Source: an uncultured Alphaproteobacteria bacterium (lineage in GTDB: Bacteria; Pseudomonadota; Alphaproteobacteria; Rhizobiales; Xanthobacteraceae). From it: a stretch of DNA of 64,000 nt. Below, piece after piece: positions 46,202-56,758 of this stretch. A program made the position numbers and the translations under genes. Below the pieces are notes generated by a model. That model worked only from the letters and a program-made list of their open reading frames with translations, ran no database searches and had not been told where the DNA came from. Positions within the stretch are counted from its first letter, which is position 1. Each line of letters starts with the position of its first letter. The stretch spans positions 148,743 through 212,742 of the forward strand of contig CAWFDN010000004.1 of the NCBI GenBank assembly GCA_963814615.1, given 5' to 3'.

Positions 46202-46203
46202 GT

Positions 46204-46911
46204 TCAGGCCTCGGGTGGCGTGATGACGATGGTCAGCGACGGCAATCCGTCAATATGGGCGGTGATCAGATCGCCCGGCACGACCGGGCCCACGCCCGCG
46301 GGCGTACCGGTATAGATCAGGTCGCCGGCGCCGAGCGTGACTTGTTTCGACAATTGCGCGATCACTTCGGGAACGCTCCAGATCATCTGGCCGATGTCAC
46401 CGCGCTGACGCTCGGTACCATTCACCGAAAGCGTGATGGCGCAATTCGTAAAATGTCGCGCCTCGCGCGCCGGCATGATCGGGCCGCACGGCGCCGACGC
46501 ATCGAAACTCTTACCGACTTCCCAAGGCAGACGCAGATCGCGCGCGTCGCGCTGCCGGTCGCGCCGCGTCAGGTCGATGCCGACGGCGTAACCCCAGATG
46601 TGGTCATGGGCACCGGCAACGGCGATGTCGCGGCCGCCGCGGCTGATCGCGATCACCAACTCGACTTCGAACTGGAAATCGGAGGTGAGCGGCGGATACG
46701 GCACAAGCGCGCCATCCGGCACCACGGCGTCGCGGGGTTTCTGGAAGAAGAACGGCGGGTCGCGCTCGTCGGCTTCCTTCATCTCGCGAATGTGGTCGAC
46801 GTAATTGCGACCGACGCAATAGACGCGGCGGACCGGAAAGAAGCCGCCGCCCTCGACCGGCACTTCGGTTGCAGGAATTGTCGGCAGCACGCGCTGGGCC
46901 ATGGCGTTCAT
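46204..46911 (-). CDS. fumarylacetoacetate hydrolase (FAH) family protein
   Basis: RRVYCVGRNYVDHIREM, FELELVIAI-type block (FEVELVIAI), GDLIYTGTPAGVG. The ATG at 46911 overlaps the upstream stop (ATGA at 46908-46911). Confidence 0.85.
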   Translation of the reverse strand: MNAMAQRVLPTIPATEVPVEGGGFFPVRRVYCVGRNYVDHIREMKEADERDPPFFFQKPRDAVVPDGALVPYPPLTSDFQFEVELVIAISRGGRDIAVAGAHDHIWGYAVGIDLTRRDRQRDARDLRLPWEVGKSFDASAPCGPIMPAREARHFTNCAITLSVNGTERQRGDIGQMIWSVPEVIAQLSKQVTLGAGDLIYTGTPAGVGPVVPGDLITAHIDGLPSLTIVITPPEA

Positions 46912-47807
46912 GGCTTCGATCCGGGCTTGAGGTTTTGGCCGTTGTACCAGTCGAGGATCTGCTCGCCGTTCCAATGCACGACGCCTTCGAACTTGTTCAC
47001 GTAGTCGTAAATCGCTTCCAGATAGTTGATCCGGAAGGGCTGGCCACTGATGTAGGGGTGAATCGCGATCGACAGGATCTTCGGCCGATCCTTGCTCTCT
47101 TCATAGAGCCGGGTGAAGCTGTCGATGGTGCGCTTGAGCAGATGATCGCTGTCGTGGTGCTGCACCATCATCATCGGAATGTCGTTCAGCTCCACCGTAT
47201 AAGGCAGGGTCACCAACGGGCCATTGGCGGTGCGGATCACGGTCGGTTCGTCGTCATAGACCCAATCGCCGATGTATTTGACGCCGGCTCCCGCGAGAAA
47301 TTCGGGCGTCTCGAGGGTCTGAGTCAGGCCCGGCCCAAGCCAGCCCACCGGCCGCTTGCCGGTGAAACTCTCGATCACGCTCATCGAGCGCTCGATCATC
47401 GCTTTCTGATCCGGCTCCTTGTGGATCGGTCCCTGTTCGTAAGCGTGGCCCATGAATTCCCAGCCGGCGTCTTTCGCCTGCTGCGCCACGCGCGGATAAT
47501 CCTCGCACACCCGCGCATTGATCGAGAGCGTCGGCGCGATGCCGAGCTTCTTGTAGAGATCGAAGAAGCGCCACACGCCCACCCGCATGCCGTATTCATG
47601 CCAGCTCCAGTTCGGCACATCCGGCAGCAGCGGAATTCCGGTCGGCGGCGGGATCACCTGCCGCGCCATCGGCTTGGAAATATCCCACACTTCCAGATTG
47701 ACGATGGTCCAGATGATGATGCGGGCGCCGCCGGGCAGCTTCAGCGGCGGACGGTCGACGATGGCGGAATAGTCACTGCGGTCGCGTGGAATCATGGGGT
47801 CGGTCAT
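46908..47807 (-). CDS. polysaccharide deacetylase-fold hydrolase, paralog 2
   Basis: LKLPGGARIIIWTIVNLEVWD...PNWSWHEYGMRVGVWR...WEFMGHAY...RPVGWLGPGLTQT. The start was set at ATG 47807. Confidence 0.7.
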   Translation of the reverse strand: MTDPMIPRDRSDYSAIVDRPPLKLPGGARIIIWTIVNLEVWDISKPMARQVIPPPTGIPLLPDVPNWSWHEYGMRVGVWRFFDLYKKLGIAPTLSINARVCEDYPRVAQQAKDAGWEFMGHAYEQGPIHKEPDQKAMIERSMSVIESFTGKRPVGWLGPGLTQTLETPEFLAGAGVKYIGDWVYDDEPTVIRTANGPLVTLPYTVELNDIPMMMVQHHDSDHLLKRTIDSFTRLYEESKDRPKILSIAIHPYISGQPFRINYLEAIYDYVNKFEGVVHWNGEQILDWYNGQNLKPGSKP

Positions 47808-47892
47808 GGCAACGCACTCTTGAGTCGGTTGAGAATTTGGATCGTTGAGAACTCGGACGTTGAGAACTTGGGTGGGTTGGAAAGCAGAACGG

Positions 47893-48555
47893 TCATGCGG
47901 CGCTGGGTTGACGCGGAGCAAGCGCCTCGAGCGCCATCACCGCGTCGGTATCCATCACGAAGCCGAATGCCGTCTTGATACATGCCAAACCAGCCGCGTG
48001 CAGCTCAGGACCGTCCATGCTGTCGACGCAATCCTCGACCACGATCACCGCGTAGTCGCGGACGTTCGCCGCCGTCGTGGTGGCGAGCACGCAGGAATTG
48101 GTGTTCACGCCGGTGATCAGCAGCGTATTGATGCCGCGCGCGCGCAGCAGGAAATCGAGATCGGTGCCGAGAAAGCAATCGTAGCGCTTCTTGGTGTTGA
48201 CGACCAGGTCACGCTGATCGAGTAGCTGCGGCATCACCGTGCAGCCGGGCCCACCGATGATGTTATGACGCATCACGTTCTTGCGGGTCGCGGCCGGATC
48301 CTCGGCGCGGGTCCGCCAGAACGGATTGGCGCGGATTTCCTCGGCGTCGCGATAGGATGTCACCTGATGGACGATCGGGATATCGACACTGCGGCACCAG
48401 TCGAACAGCCGCTTGTTGGCCGAGATGATGCGGGTCGCGACATCGGGCGCGGTCGGCATCGTCGCCACGGCCAGATCGAGATGACCGCGATGCAGATCGA
48501 TCGCCACCACGGCGGCCTTGGGACGGTCGACACCGAAATTCATTGCGCGCCTCAT
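47893..48555 (-). CDS. isochorismatase-family cysteine hydrolase (amidase type)
   Basis: AAVVAIDLHRGH (Asp), NTKKRYDCF (Lys), ITGVNTNSCVLATT (Cys nucleophile). The ATG at 48555 overlaps the upstream stop (ATGA at 48552-48555). Confidence 0.8.
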   Translation of the reverse strand: MRRAMNFGVDRPKAAVVAIDLHRGHLDLAVATMPTAPDVATRIISANKRLFDWCRSVDIPIVHQVTSYRDAEEIRANPFWRTRAEDPAATRKNVMRHNIIGGPGCTVMPQLLDQRDLVVNTKKRYDCFLGTDLDFLLRARGINTLLITGVNTNSCVLATTTAANVRDYAVIVVEDCVDSMDGPELHAAGLACIKTAFGFVMDTDAVMALEALAPRQPSAA

Positions 48556-49835
48556 ATCAGGGAATTGCAGGACGTTTTCAGCAACGCACGCTGATCGATG
48601 CCGAAACGGTCGGCGAGCCAGTCGGCCAGCACTTCCTGGCCGATGGTCGGGTTGTCGTGCTGGCAATGCTCGGCGCCGGTTTCCTCCGGATCGAGCACGC
48701 GCAAGGTCGCATCGACCCCGTGGGTTTTCGCATAATCATAGGTGCTGCGCGCCGCCGTCACCGTCAGCACGTCGTGGCCGCCATGCAGGACCAGATACGG
48801 GCAGCGCATGTGTTCGAGATGGCCCTTGAGCGTGAACGGCTTCATCAACTCATGGGCCTCGGCCATCGACTTTGCGCCGAACACCCAGCGAATATGCATC
48901 GCGAGGCCGAAATCGTCGCCCTTGGTGCCCCACATGTCGTGCACCGACCAGATCGCGCCGTGCGAGATCGCGGCCGCCAGCCGCGGCTCGTAGCAGGCCG
49001 CGCGCGCCGCGTAGTAACCGCCAAGGCTCGATCCGCACACGGCGATCCGCGCTGGGTCGACGTCATCGCGCTTTTCAAGCCAGTCGATGCATTTGCCGAT
49101 CGGCACTTCGCTGTCGGCGCGGGTGACCACGCCATGTCGGCGCAGCGTGCCGCCCTGCCCCGGTCCGTCGATCATCAAGACCGAGATGCCGCGCTGCAGG
49201 CAGCCATGGGCCTGCATGAACCACATCTCGTCCTTGATGGAATCCAGCCCGCCCATGCAGATCAGAACCGGCAGTCGGTCACCGGGAAATGGCGCGCGAA
49301 TGAAATAGCCGCAGATCGGCTTGCCCGGCTCATACGGAATCTCGACCACCTCGCCGGGCGGGTTGAGATAGGAGATGAACTTGTGCGAGCAGGCCTCCAT
49401 CTTCTCAAACGTAGTAAGCCGCCTCACATCATCGGGTTCAAGGTGGAATTCGGCCTGACGGTAGTAATCCGCCGCGCGCAGGAAACAGTTCATTGCGGTC
49501 CGGATGTGGCCTTTCGCCTCCTCGGCCAACCCGCGCGCGCAGTTGCGATCGGCAATCCGCATCCACTCGGCGTGCCAGCTCTCCAGATCGCCCGGGATCA
49601 TTCGTGACCCCGCCTGCATCACTTCGCTGACGCTGCCACCGCCTTCCTGGGTCTCGCCGAGGCCGCGGCGGAATTGATAAGCGAGCCAGGGATGCTCCGG
49701 CCAATGATGCCAGCCGAACGGCTCATAATGCGGGCCTCGGTCGGCGGTGATCAGTTCGATGGCGTTTTCGCTGATGCCTGGATTCACTACCGCCATGGAA
49801 CGCGCGCCACCTTCACCGTCTTTCGGGTTGCCCAT
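48552..49835 (-). CDS. alpha/beta hydrolase with N-terminal helical domain (2,6-dihydroxypseudooxynicotine-hydrolase / FrsA-like)
   Basis: Nucleophile elbow CGSSLGG. A long helical lid-like N-terminal region (WHAEWMRIADRN...FLRAADYYRQAEF). Start uncertain (ATG 49835 or 49796). Confidence 0.65.
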   Translation of the reverse strand: MGNPKDGEGGARSMAVVNPGISENAIELITADRGPHYEPFGWHHWPEHPWLAYQFRRGLGETQEGGGSVSEVMQAGSRMIPGDLESWHAEWMRIADRNCARGLAEEAKGHIRTAMNCFLRAADYYRQAEFHLEPDDVRRLTTFEKMEACSHKFISYLNPPGEVVEIPYEPGKPICGYFIRAPFPGDRLPVLICMGGLDSIKDEMWFMQAHGCLQRGISVLMIDGPGQGGTLRRHGVVTRADSEVPIGKCIDWLEKRDDVDPARIAVCGSSLGGYYAARAACYEPRLAAAISHGAIWSVHDMWGTKGDDFGLAMHIRWVFGAKSMAEAHELMKPFTLKGHLEHMRCPYLVLHGGHDVLTVTAARSTYDYAKTHGVDATLRVLDPEETGAEHCQHDNPTIGQEVLADWLADRFGIDQRALLKTSCNSLI

Positions 49836-49964
49836 GGTTCGTCGAACCACGGCATGAGTCAACAAAAATTACATACACTTCATGCGAAGCATATCATTTC
49901 CGCACCATGGTCAATTTTTTAGCGTTGAAATATCGAAGTAAAATATGGATTTCAGGATCCACTT

Positions 49965-50750
49965 GTGGTGGACTTACCGACGAGATCAGAAAGTGTATTC
50001 ACTTATGGCAAACTCATCACGGTGACGAAGCAGCCTGGGCAGACCATCCCTGAGGCCACGAGCGGCCCCCGCGCCGGCAACCGCGCGCTGTCGGTGATGG
50101 ACGGCATTCGGGAAGCCATCCTGCGCGGCGCGGTCGGCGCCGGCGAGCGGCTCAACGAGGTCCAGCTCAGCAAGACGCTGGCGGTGTCGCGCACACCGGT
50201 GCGCGCCGCGCTGCAGGCGCTGGCCGGCGAAGGATTGCTGGATTACGCGCCGAACCGCGGTTTCACCGTGCGCGAGTTTCCGCTCGACGCCATCGTCGAT
50301 GCCTATGACATCCGCGCCTCGCTGGAAGGCGTCGCCGCGCGCTTTGCCGCCGAGCGCGGGCTCAATCCGGACGAGAGAGCCGTCATTGAACGAAGCCTCG
50401 AAGCCGGCGACACGCTTCTGGAGCGCGGCTCGTTCGAGGCCGGCGACCTCACGATCTATCGCGGCATCAATGGCGATTTCCATGACACGCTGCTGGCGGC
50501 CGCGCGCAACCGCATGCTCGCCGAGATGATACGCATCTGCCACCATGTGCCGGTGTCGTCGAGCCGCAACATCGTGGCGTTTGAATATCGCGACGTCCGC
50601 CGCCGCCACGACGATCATCACCGCATATTCGAGGCTATTACGGCCCGCGAACCGTGGCGGGCAGAGATTCTGATGCGCGAGCATGTCGCAGGCGTCAAGG
50701 CCTCGCTGCTCAAATTGCTGACCGAACGCGGCAAGGACCAAGGACAATGA
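49965..50750 (+). CDS. GntR-family transcriptional regulator (FadR/FCD subfamily)
   Basis: LNEVQLSKTLAVSRTPVRAALQALAGEGLL wHTH plus a C-terminal all-helical FCD-like domain. Divergent from the hydrolase operon. Start uncertain. Confidence 0.85.
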   Translation: MVDLPTRSESVFTYGKLITVTKQPGQTIPEATSGPRAGNRALSVMDGIREAILRGAVGAGERLNEVQLSKTLAVSRTPVRAALQALAGEGLLDYAPNRGFTVREFPLDAIVDAYDIRASLEGVAARFAAERGLNPDERAVIERSLEAGDTLLERGSFEAGDLTIYRGINGDFHDTLLAAARNRMLAEMIRICHHVPVSSSRNIVAFEYRDVRRRHDDHHRIFEAITAREPWRAEILMREHVAGVKASLLKLLTERGKDQGQ

Positions 50751-50807
50751 GCCGCCGTAACAGGCATCACTACATGAAAAGAAATCGGCCATCCGTAAAG
50801 GAGCATC

Positions 50808-52310
50808 ATGACCGGGCAACGAATCGTCATTCGCGGAGGCCTGGTCCTTAGGGATGGCCACGCCGCGCTGCAGGATGTGTTGATCGAAGATGGCAGCATC
50901 CTTGCGATCGACAATCCAGGCTTCGAGGTCTCCGACGACGCGGAGATTTTGTCGGCGACGGACCGGCTCCTGATTCCGGGCTTGATCAGCGCGCATACGC
51001 ATTCGCACGGCGCGCTCAACCGGGGAGCCGTCAACGACAAAGTCTCGCTGGAGATGTTCCTGACCGGCGCAGGCGCCAGCACGCGATCGCGTGGCATCGA
51101 CGACAAATACCTCAGCGCGGCGCTCTCCGCCGCCGAGATGATCCGCAAAGGCTGCACCGCCTGTTTCGATCTCACCGTGGAATTCCCGGCGCCTTCCCGC
51201 GAGGGAATTTCAGCGGTCGCTCGCGCCTACCGTGATGCCGGCATGCGCGCCGTGGTCGCCCCGATGATCGCGGACCGGACGATCTATCAGGCGCTGCCGG
51301 GCCTCCTGGAGGCGTTGCCCGACGATTTGCGGTCGCACTGCGGAGGTCTCCGTGCGGCACCTATCGAACACACGTTCGACGCATGCCGCGATATCCTGGC
51401 GAACTGGGAGTTCGACCGCCGCTGGATTCGGCCCGCGCTCGGCCCGACGATTCCACTGCATTGCTCCGACGAATTCCTGATCCATTGCGCGCGGCTTGCG
51501 AGCGAACACAACGTGCCGCTGCAAACCCATTTGGCGGAATCGCGCGCCCAGGCGGCGGTCGGGTGGACGCGATACGGCAACAGCCTCGTCGCACACCTGC
51601 AAAAGCTGGGCTTGCTGTCGGAGCGCCTGAGCGCGGCGCACGCCATCTGGCTCGATGACGACGACATCGCCAGACTGGGCCAATCGGGCGTAAGGGTCGT
51701 GCACAATCCTTCCAGCAACCTTCGGCTCGGATCCGGGGTGGCGCCGGTCCGCAAGATGTTGAACGAGGGAATCGTGGTCGGCGTGGGCACCGATGCCAGC
51801 AATACTTCCGACGGACAGAACATGTTTGAAGCGACACGGCTCGCCTCGTATTTGTCGCGGATCGACGGCTTCGCCACCGATCAATGGCTTTCGGCCGGCG
51901 AGGCTTTTCACCTGGCCACGCAAGGATCGGCAAAAGTCCTGGGCTTTGAAAAGATCGGCCGGCTGGCGCCGGGATACGAGGCCGACATCGTGTTCCTGCG
52001 GCTCGACAGCCCCCATTTCGTGCCGCTGCGCTCACCCTTGATTCAAATGGTATTTGCCGAGAACGGTGCTTCCGTTCACACCGTCATGATCGGCGGGCGC
52101 ATCGTCTTTCATGACGGCAAACTCTTGAGCCTCGATGAATCATTACTGCGGCAGCAAGCGCAACAAGCCGCAAACAGATTGGATCAGGCTGATGCAGGCA
52201 CCTACGCATCGGCCGCTACCGTCTCGCGACTGGTTGGGGCATTCTGCGCGGCACAAGGATGCACCGGCCACACGCTGCCACGAAAGCTGAGCCTGGCCTG
52301 CGAAGATTGA
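50808..52310 (+). CDS. amidohydrolase-superfamily deaminase/chlorohydrolase-like enzyme (guanine deaminase / TrzA-AtzA / MTA-SAH deaminase group)
   Basis: AAAGGAG RBS. LIPGLISAHTHSH (HxH) ... QTHLAES ... HNPSSN ... GTDASN pattern. 500 aa. Confidence 0.8.
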   Translation: MTGQRIVIRGGLVLRDGHAALQDVLIEDGSILAIDNPGFEVSDDAEILSATDRLLIPGLISAHTHSHGALNRGAVNDKVSLEMFLTGAGASTRSRGIDDKYLSAALSAAEMIRKGCTACFDLTVEFPAPSREGISAVARAYRDAGMRAVVAPMIADRTIYQALPGLLEALPDDLRSHCGGLRAAPIEHTFDACRDILANWEFDRRWIRPALGPTIPLHCSDEFLIHCARLASEHNVPLQTHLAESRAQAAVGWTRYGNSLVAHLQKLGLLSERLSAAHAIWLDDDDIARLGQSGVRVVHNPSSNLRLGSGVAPVRKMLNEGIVVGVGTDASNTSDGQNMFEATRLASYLSRIDGFATDQWLSAGEAFHLATQGSAKVLGFEKIGRLAPGYEADIVFLRLDSPHFVPLRSPLIQMVFAENGASVHTVMIGGRIVFHDGKLLSLDESLLRQQAQQAANRLDQADAGTYASAATVSRLVGAFCAAQGCTGHTLPRKLSLACED

Positions 52311-52538
52311 TCGGATTAACCCGCATGCCCCGGCCGCAACGGCCGTTCGCGCCAGTTTCGGGTCCGCCGCCGTCGATCGACCTCGTTTCGCCTTTTTGAG
52401 GTTTCGCTGCCCTTGTCTCAAAGAAAATTTTACCACGGGGCCGTTAAGACTTTCCGAAAAACCGGCCGATTCCGTTGATGACTAATCGGTTCTTAAGGTC
52501 TGTGCTCTAGGCAGGTTAAGACTTTATGGAGGAATGAG

Positions 52539-54236
52539 ATGACGCTTGGATTCCGCAATATCGCGATCATCGCCAAGATCGCGGTGCCGGCAACAATCAT
52601 CGCTGTGGTCTCGATCGGCATCGTCCTCTACGCCTCGCTCGCCGTCACCTATTTGTCGGACAACGCCGCCGCTTTGGTCGATGGAGACGCCACGCGGGTT
52701 CAATTCGCCCTTCAAGCCGAAAGCAACTTCAACAGCGCCGCCGTCAGCGAAAAGAACGTCATTCTCAGCGCGCCCGACGAAAAGGCGGTGAAAGCGAACA
52801 TCGAATCTTACAACAAGGCCACCGCTGCTACGCTCGCGGCGATCGGCCGTTTCGAATCCATCACGCCGGACGCAGAGCAACGGGCCCTCATCGCTACTTT
52901 CCAGACCGCCGTCGGCAACCGGCAGGAAGCCAGCGCCCATGTCTTCGAACTCGCCGGCGCCGGCAAAGTAAACGAGGCCTTTGCTTATTCGCGCGGTGTC
53001 GCGGCAAAATATCGTCAGGTCGCCGCGGAGGCGGTTGGCAAGCTCATAGCCATGAACGTGCAACAAATGAAGGCAGCACGCGACCAAGGCGTCGCCGCTG
53101 CCGCGCACACCCGCGCGTGGCTGGTGGCCGGCGCCAGCGGCGGCCTGATCAGTGCGTTCGGCATTCTCGGTTGGATCGTGCTTTATCAGATCGCCCGACC
53201 GCTCGCTCGCATGACCGGCGAGATGGCGAAGCTCGCCGAGGGCGATCTCGAGATCCAAATCGACGGCATCGACCGGGCCGATGAGGTGGGCGGGCTGGCG
53301 CGATCACTGCAAGTCTTCAAACAAAACGCCATCACGGCGCTTCGACTTGAGAACGAACAGCGGGCGCAGCAAACCCAAAAGGAAAAGCGCCAGCAAGAAG
53401 TCGATGAGTACATCGTGATTTTCGATGGACAGGTAGGCGAAGCGCTCGACACGCTGACCGCGGCTTCGACCGAGATGCATGCCACGGCCGGCAGCATGGC
53501 TTCCACCGCCGAGGAGACCACCAGGCAAGCCACTTCGGTGGCTACGGCTTCGGAACAGGCCTCGGCAAACGTTCAGACCGTGGCCGCGGCCACCGAGCAG
53601 TTGCACGCCTCAATCAGCGAGATTTCCCGTCAGGTCACCCAATCGGCAGAGATCGCCGGCTCGGCAGTCATCGAAGCCGACCGCACCAACACCACCATCC
53701 TGGGCCTGGCCGAGACGGCGCAGAAGATCGGCGAGGTCGTGGCGCTGATCCAGAACATCGCCTCCCAAACCAACCTCCTCGCACTGAACGCAACGATCGA
53801 GGCGGCGCGTGCCGGCGAATCCGGCAGAGGATTCGCGGTGGTTGCGAGCGAGGTCAAAGCGCTGGCCAGTCAGACCGCCAAGGCGACCGAGGATATTTCG
53901 GCGCAAATCGCCGCCATCCAGGGCGAGACCGGACACGCGGTAAATGCGATCAAGGCAATCAGCGGCACCATTCGCCAGATGAACGAGATCGCGACCACGA
54001 TCGCGGCCGCGGTCGAGCAACAAGGGGCCGCCACGCGAGATATTTCCCACAATATCCAACTGGTGGCGCAAGGCACCAACGGAGTGGCATCCAATATCGC
54101 TCGTGTAAACGAGGTCGCCGAAGAGACCGGCTCGGCCGCCACGCAGGTGCTCGCGGCCGCCGACGATCTCAGCCAGCAATCAGACAAGTTGCGCGGCAAC
54201 GTCAACGGCTTCCTCGCCAAAATCCGCGCTGCCTGA
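52539..54236 (+). CDS. methyl-accepting chemotaxis protein (two TM segments, periplasmic domain, HAMP, signalling domain)
   Basis: GGAGGAA RBS. HAMP around ARPLARMTGEMAKLAEGDLE. Invariant hairpin IASQTNLLALNATIEAARAGESGRGFAVVASEVKALA. Confidence 0.9.
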   Translation: MTLGFRNIAIIAKIAVPATIIAVVSIGIVLYASLAVTYLSDNAAALVDGDATRVQFALQAESNFNSAAVSEKNVILSAPDEKAVKANIESYNKATAATLAAIGRFESITPDAEQRALIATFQTAVGNRQEASAHVFELAGAGKVNEAFAYSRGVAAKYRQVAAEAVGKLIAMNVQQMKAARDQGVAAAAHTRAWLVAGASGGLISAFGILGWIVLYQIARPLARMTGEMAKLAEGDLEIQIDGIDRADEVGGLARSLQVFKQNAITALRLENEQRAQQTQKEKRQQEVDEYIVIFDGQVGEALDTLTAASTEMHATAGSMASTAEETTRQATSVATASEQASANVQTVAAATEQLHASISEISRQVTQSAEIAGSAVIEADRTNTTILGLAETAQKIGEVVALIQNIASQTNLLALNATIEAARAGESGRGFAVVASEVKALASQTAKATEDISAQIAAIQGETGHAVNAIKAISGTIRQMNEIATTIAAAVEQQGAATRDISHNIQLVAQGTNGVASNIARVNEVAEETGSAATQVLAAADDLSQQSDKLRGNVNGFLAKIRAA

Positions 54237-54257
54237 TCGCATCGGGAGCAATCTCGG

Positions 54258-54857
54258 CTAGGGCTCAGAGCATTCCGGCCGTTCAGGTCCGGTGCCCGGA
54301 CCGATGTAGATCTCTATGGCGGGTGAGGACATCCCGGCCGCCATCACCGCAACCACCACATCGAACTTTACGATGAATTCGATGTGGCTTCCGTCCATCG
54401 TTGCAACCGGGTCGTCGATGAGGTCGCCATCGCCGCCGGCGTGCGTGCGGGCGAAGATATTCACAGCATAAGGCCAATCACGCCTGAGCGGAGCCGAAAT
54501 GCCGTTGGCCTTCGCCTCCCCTCCAAGCGCATCCACGCATTTGGCCCGCGGCCACCAATAGTCGTGGCGAAGCAGATCGATGCTGTGGCCCAAATCATCC
54601 CGTTTCAGGAAGAGCATCGGGCGCCGCAGCGTCGAGTAAAGTTGATCGTCGACCGCGGGCTGAACGCGCCGGAGTTCCATGAAGGTATAGGCATCGCTAA
54701 GCTGCTCGTACGGATCGGCGTGAGACCAGGAAAAGATCGCCGCACCCACCCCAGGCCCGCGCGCCTTAAAGCCGATCACCGAACCGGCCGGAACGACATC
54801 CAGCCAGGTTTGGCCCGCCGACAGCGGCACCGGTTTCGAATGATGCAAGGCTGACAT
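54258..54857 (-). CDS. DUF1989 (urea-carboxylase-associated / carboxyguanidine-deiminase-subunit-like) family protein, divergent paralog
   Basis: VPAGSVIGFKARG..., NIFARTHAGGDGDLIDDP...GSHIEFIVKFDVVVAV matches the family layout only loosely. The ATG at 54857 lies 2 nt after the upstream stop. Confidence 0.5.
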   Translation of the reverse strand: MSALHHSKPVPLSAGQTWLDVVPAGSVIGFKARGPGVGAAIFSWSHADPYEQLSDAYTFMELRRVQPAVDDQLYSTLRRPMLFLKRDDLGHSIDLLRHDYWWPRAKCVDALGGEAKANGISAPLRRDWPYAVNIFARTHAGGDGDLIDDPVATMDGSHIEFIVKFDVVVAVMAAGMSSPAIEIYIGPGTGPERPECSEP

Positions 54858-54859
54858 CG

Positions 54860-55483
54860 TCAAACCACTTCCGGCACGTCGATCGTCACTTCGAGATCGG
54901 TCGGCTGCAATGGAGGACGCTTGAAGACATCGTTGGGACAGGCCGAGACCACGAATACGATGTCGCGGTCGGCGCGAAACGTGATTCGATCGCCGGGCTT
55001 GCTGGTGTTGATGCCGATTGTGATCGCACCGGCCACATCGATCTCAATGTTCTGGAACAGGCAAATCGATGGCGGGGTTCGCCCGAGCCGGACTCCCTTT
55101 CGCGCCAGCGCAGTGTGAAAATTGTCATGGCAGGATGGGTGCGCACAGCCGGCGCCGCGCAGACGATACATGGTCGGATCGCACGGCGGCACCAGAAGCC
55201 CATGAGGCCCCGGACTGGTATCTTCCAGCAGTGTCAGCATCGCCTGATCGTCATCGGCATAGATCGACTGTCCGATTTTCGGAAATAGCCTCCGGTTCAT
55301 GGTGCGCGTGGTGCGCGTGCACGAAACCGCGCCGCGTGGCGTGACCGCGACACAATCGGCGCCTTGATGTCCGGCCAGATCGATCACACTCACGCGAGCC
55401 CCTTTGCGCAAGTCAACCGCGATCGCCTCGCGGGCGGGAATACGAATGCGGACCGTGTTACTGGCGGGCTCAGCCATGTGCAA
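54860..55483 (-). CDS. DUF1989 family protein
   Basis: IPAREAIAVDLRKGARVSVIDLAGHQGADCVAV..., MLTLLEDTSPGPHGLLVPPCD..., CHDNF..., LFQNIEIDVAGAI...PGDRITFRADRDIVFVVSACPND. Confidence 0.65.
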   Translation of the reverse strand: MHMAEPASNTVRIRIPAREAIAVDLRKGARVSVIDLAGHQGADCVAVTPRGAVSCTRTTRTMNRRLFPKIGQSIYADDDQAMLTLLEDTSPGPHGLLVPPCDPTMYRLRGAGCAHPSCHDNFHTALARKGVRLGRTPPSICLFQNIEIDVAGAITIGINTSKPGDRITFRADRDIVFVVSACPNDVFKRPPLQPTDLEVTIDVPEVV

Positions 55484-55539
55484 ACACTCGACTGTGCGCT
55501 TCGGCCGCGAATTCGCTCGCGGTGGCCTCGATCAGCCGT

Positions 55540-56745
55540 TCAGACGCGCGCAACGGCGATCTCCGCGATTTCGGTCTTGGCATCGAGCGCGTGGATGGCT
55601 TGCTCGAAACAGGCCCGCGGAACCTTGGCGACCCCGATGCCGATCCAGCCGGAGTCACCGTCCCTATGGGCAATACCGGTATGAATCCGAACATCGACAT
55701 CCGACGCCAACACGCGACGAGCGTCGAGGCCGAAGCCTATTCCCGTTTCGCCCGACGCGACCGGACTAAGGCGGTCGTTGCGGAAGGCAAAGAACTTCCG
55801 CTGCTGACGCCCGGCCGCAACAGCCTCCGGCGGATCGACCGCCAGCGCGCGCGTTAACTCCAGTGCGAGATGGGCGATGCAGCCGCCAAGACCAAAGGCT
55901 TCCATGATCGCGCTGTCACCGAGATCGGGCTGGGCGTCCTTCGCCGCATGCGGCGGATAGATCCCGCCCGCCGGCACAACGCTCGGCGCTTCAAACCACG
56001 CATCACCTGTTCCGGCCAATTGGATGCCGCACGTCAGACCGTTGCGGCTGATCGCCGTCACCAGCGACGACCCCGCAATACCGCGCCAGCCATCGAGCAC
56101 CAGCTTGGCGGAAGCCATCGCGAAGTTCAGGAAGAATTGCGGATGGTCGGCGAGAAAAATGCGGGTTTTGGAGTCGAGCCTGGGCAGAGATCGCAACAGC
56201 ACGAGGTGCCCGCCAACGTTGCGCTGATGCACATCATCGCCGAGCGCGACGGCTTCCGCCACAATCGGCAAAATCGCAAGGCCACCTGCGGGGATCGCGG
56301 CCGCAACCGCGGGCGCGATTTCGTTCTCCAGAATAGCCAACCCGCCGACGGATTCCTCATCGTAACAACCGAAGCGCAGCGTGCGGCGGCCCTTCTCGGC
56401 CAGCGTGGCGTATGCCGTGCGCCCCGAGCCGTTCGCGTCACGGACAACGAACAGCGGCTGGGACGGGCGCACCACACCAGCCATCGGCGACACGATGCCG
56501 ATCGAGTGATTGGCGAGGAGCGCGACGTCGCCGGCAAGAATGGCGGCGACGCCGTCGTCAAAGGTCTTGACCCATCCTTCGATCACAGCCGACCCTGCCA
56601 GCGCATGCAGCACCGGCTTTGGAATCGATCGCCGGTCGGTGAAGGGCGGTCCGGCATGAGACAGCGTACGTCCAGACAACCCGCAATCACGCGCCTGGAC
56701 GAGGTTCGAGACCACCGGCTCGCATTTTGCAATTCGTTCGAACAT
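55540..56745 (-). CDS. DUF1116 (YlbE/AllG-like) family protein
   Basis: HAGPP, GDDVHQRN, QFFLNFAMA, SRNG..CGI, WFEAP, PDLGDSAIMEAFGLGG, DARRV, HTGIAH, CFEQAIHALD. These strings are those I recall for E. coli YlbE-type proteins. Confidence 0.75.
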   Translation of the reverse strand: MFERIAKCEPVVSNLVQARDCGLSGRTLSHAGPPFTDRRSIPKPVLHALAGSAVIEGWVKTFDDGVAAILAGDVALLANHSIGIVSPMAGVVRPSQPLFVVRDANGSGRTAYATLAEKGRRTLRFGCYDEESVGGLAILENEIAPAVAAAIPAGGLAILPIVAEAVALGDDVHQRNVGGHLVLLRSLPRLDSKTRIFLADHPQFFLNFAMASAKLVLDGWRGIAGSSLVTAISRNGLTCGIQLAGTGDAWFEAPSVVPAGGIYPPHAAKDAQPDLGDSAIMEAFGLGGCIAHLALELTRALAVDPPEAVAAGRQQRKFFAFRNDRLSPVASGETGIGFGLDARRVLASDVDVRIHTGIAHRDGDSGWIGIGVAKVPRACFEQAIHALDAKTEIAEIAVARV

Positions 56746-56758
56746 CGTCAGACCTCCG

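Noticed and set aside
49866-49964. GntR operator in the divergent intergenic region (CTTC-ATGC-GAAG / ATGC-GAA-GCAT)
   Set aside because: The arms are only 4 bp. That is too weak to call without comparative data.
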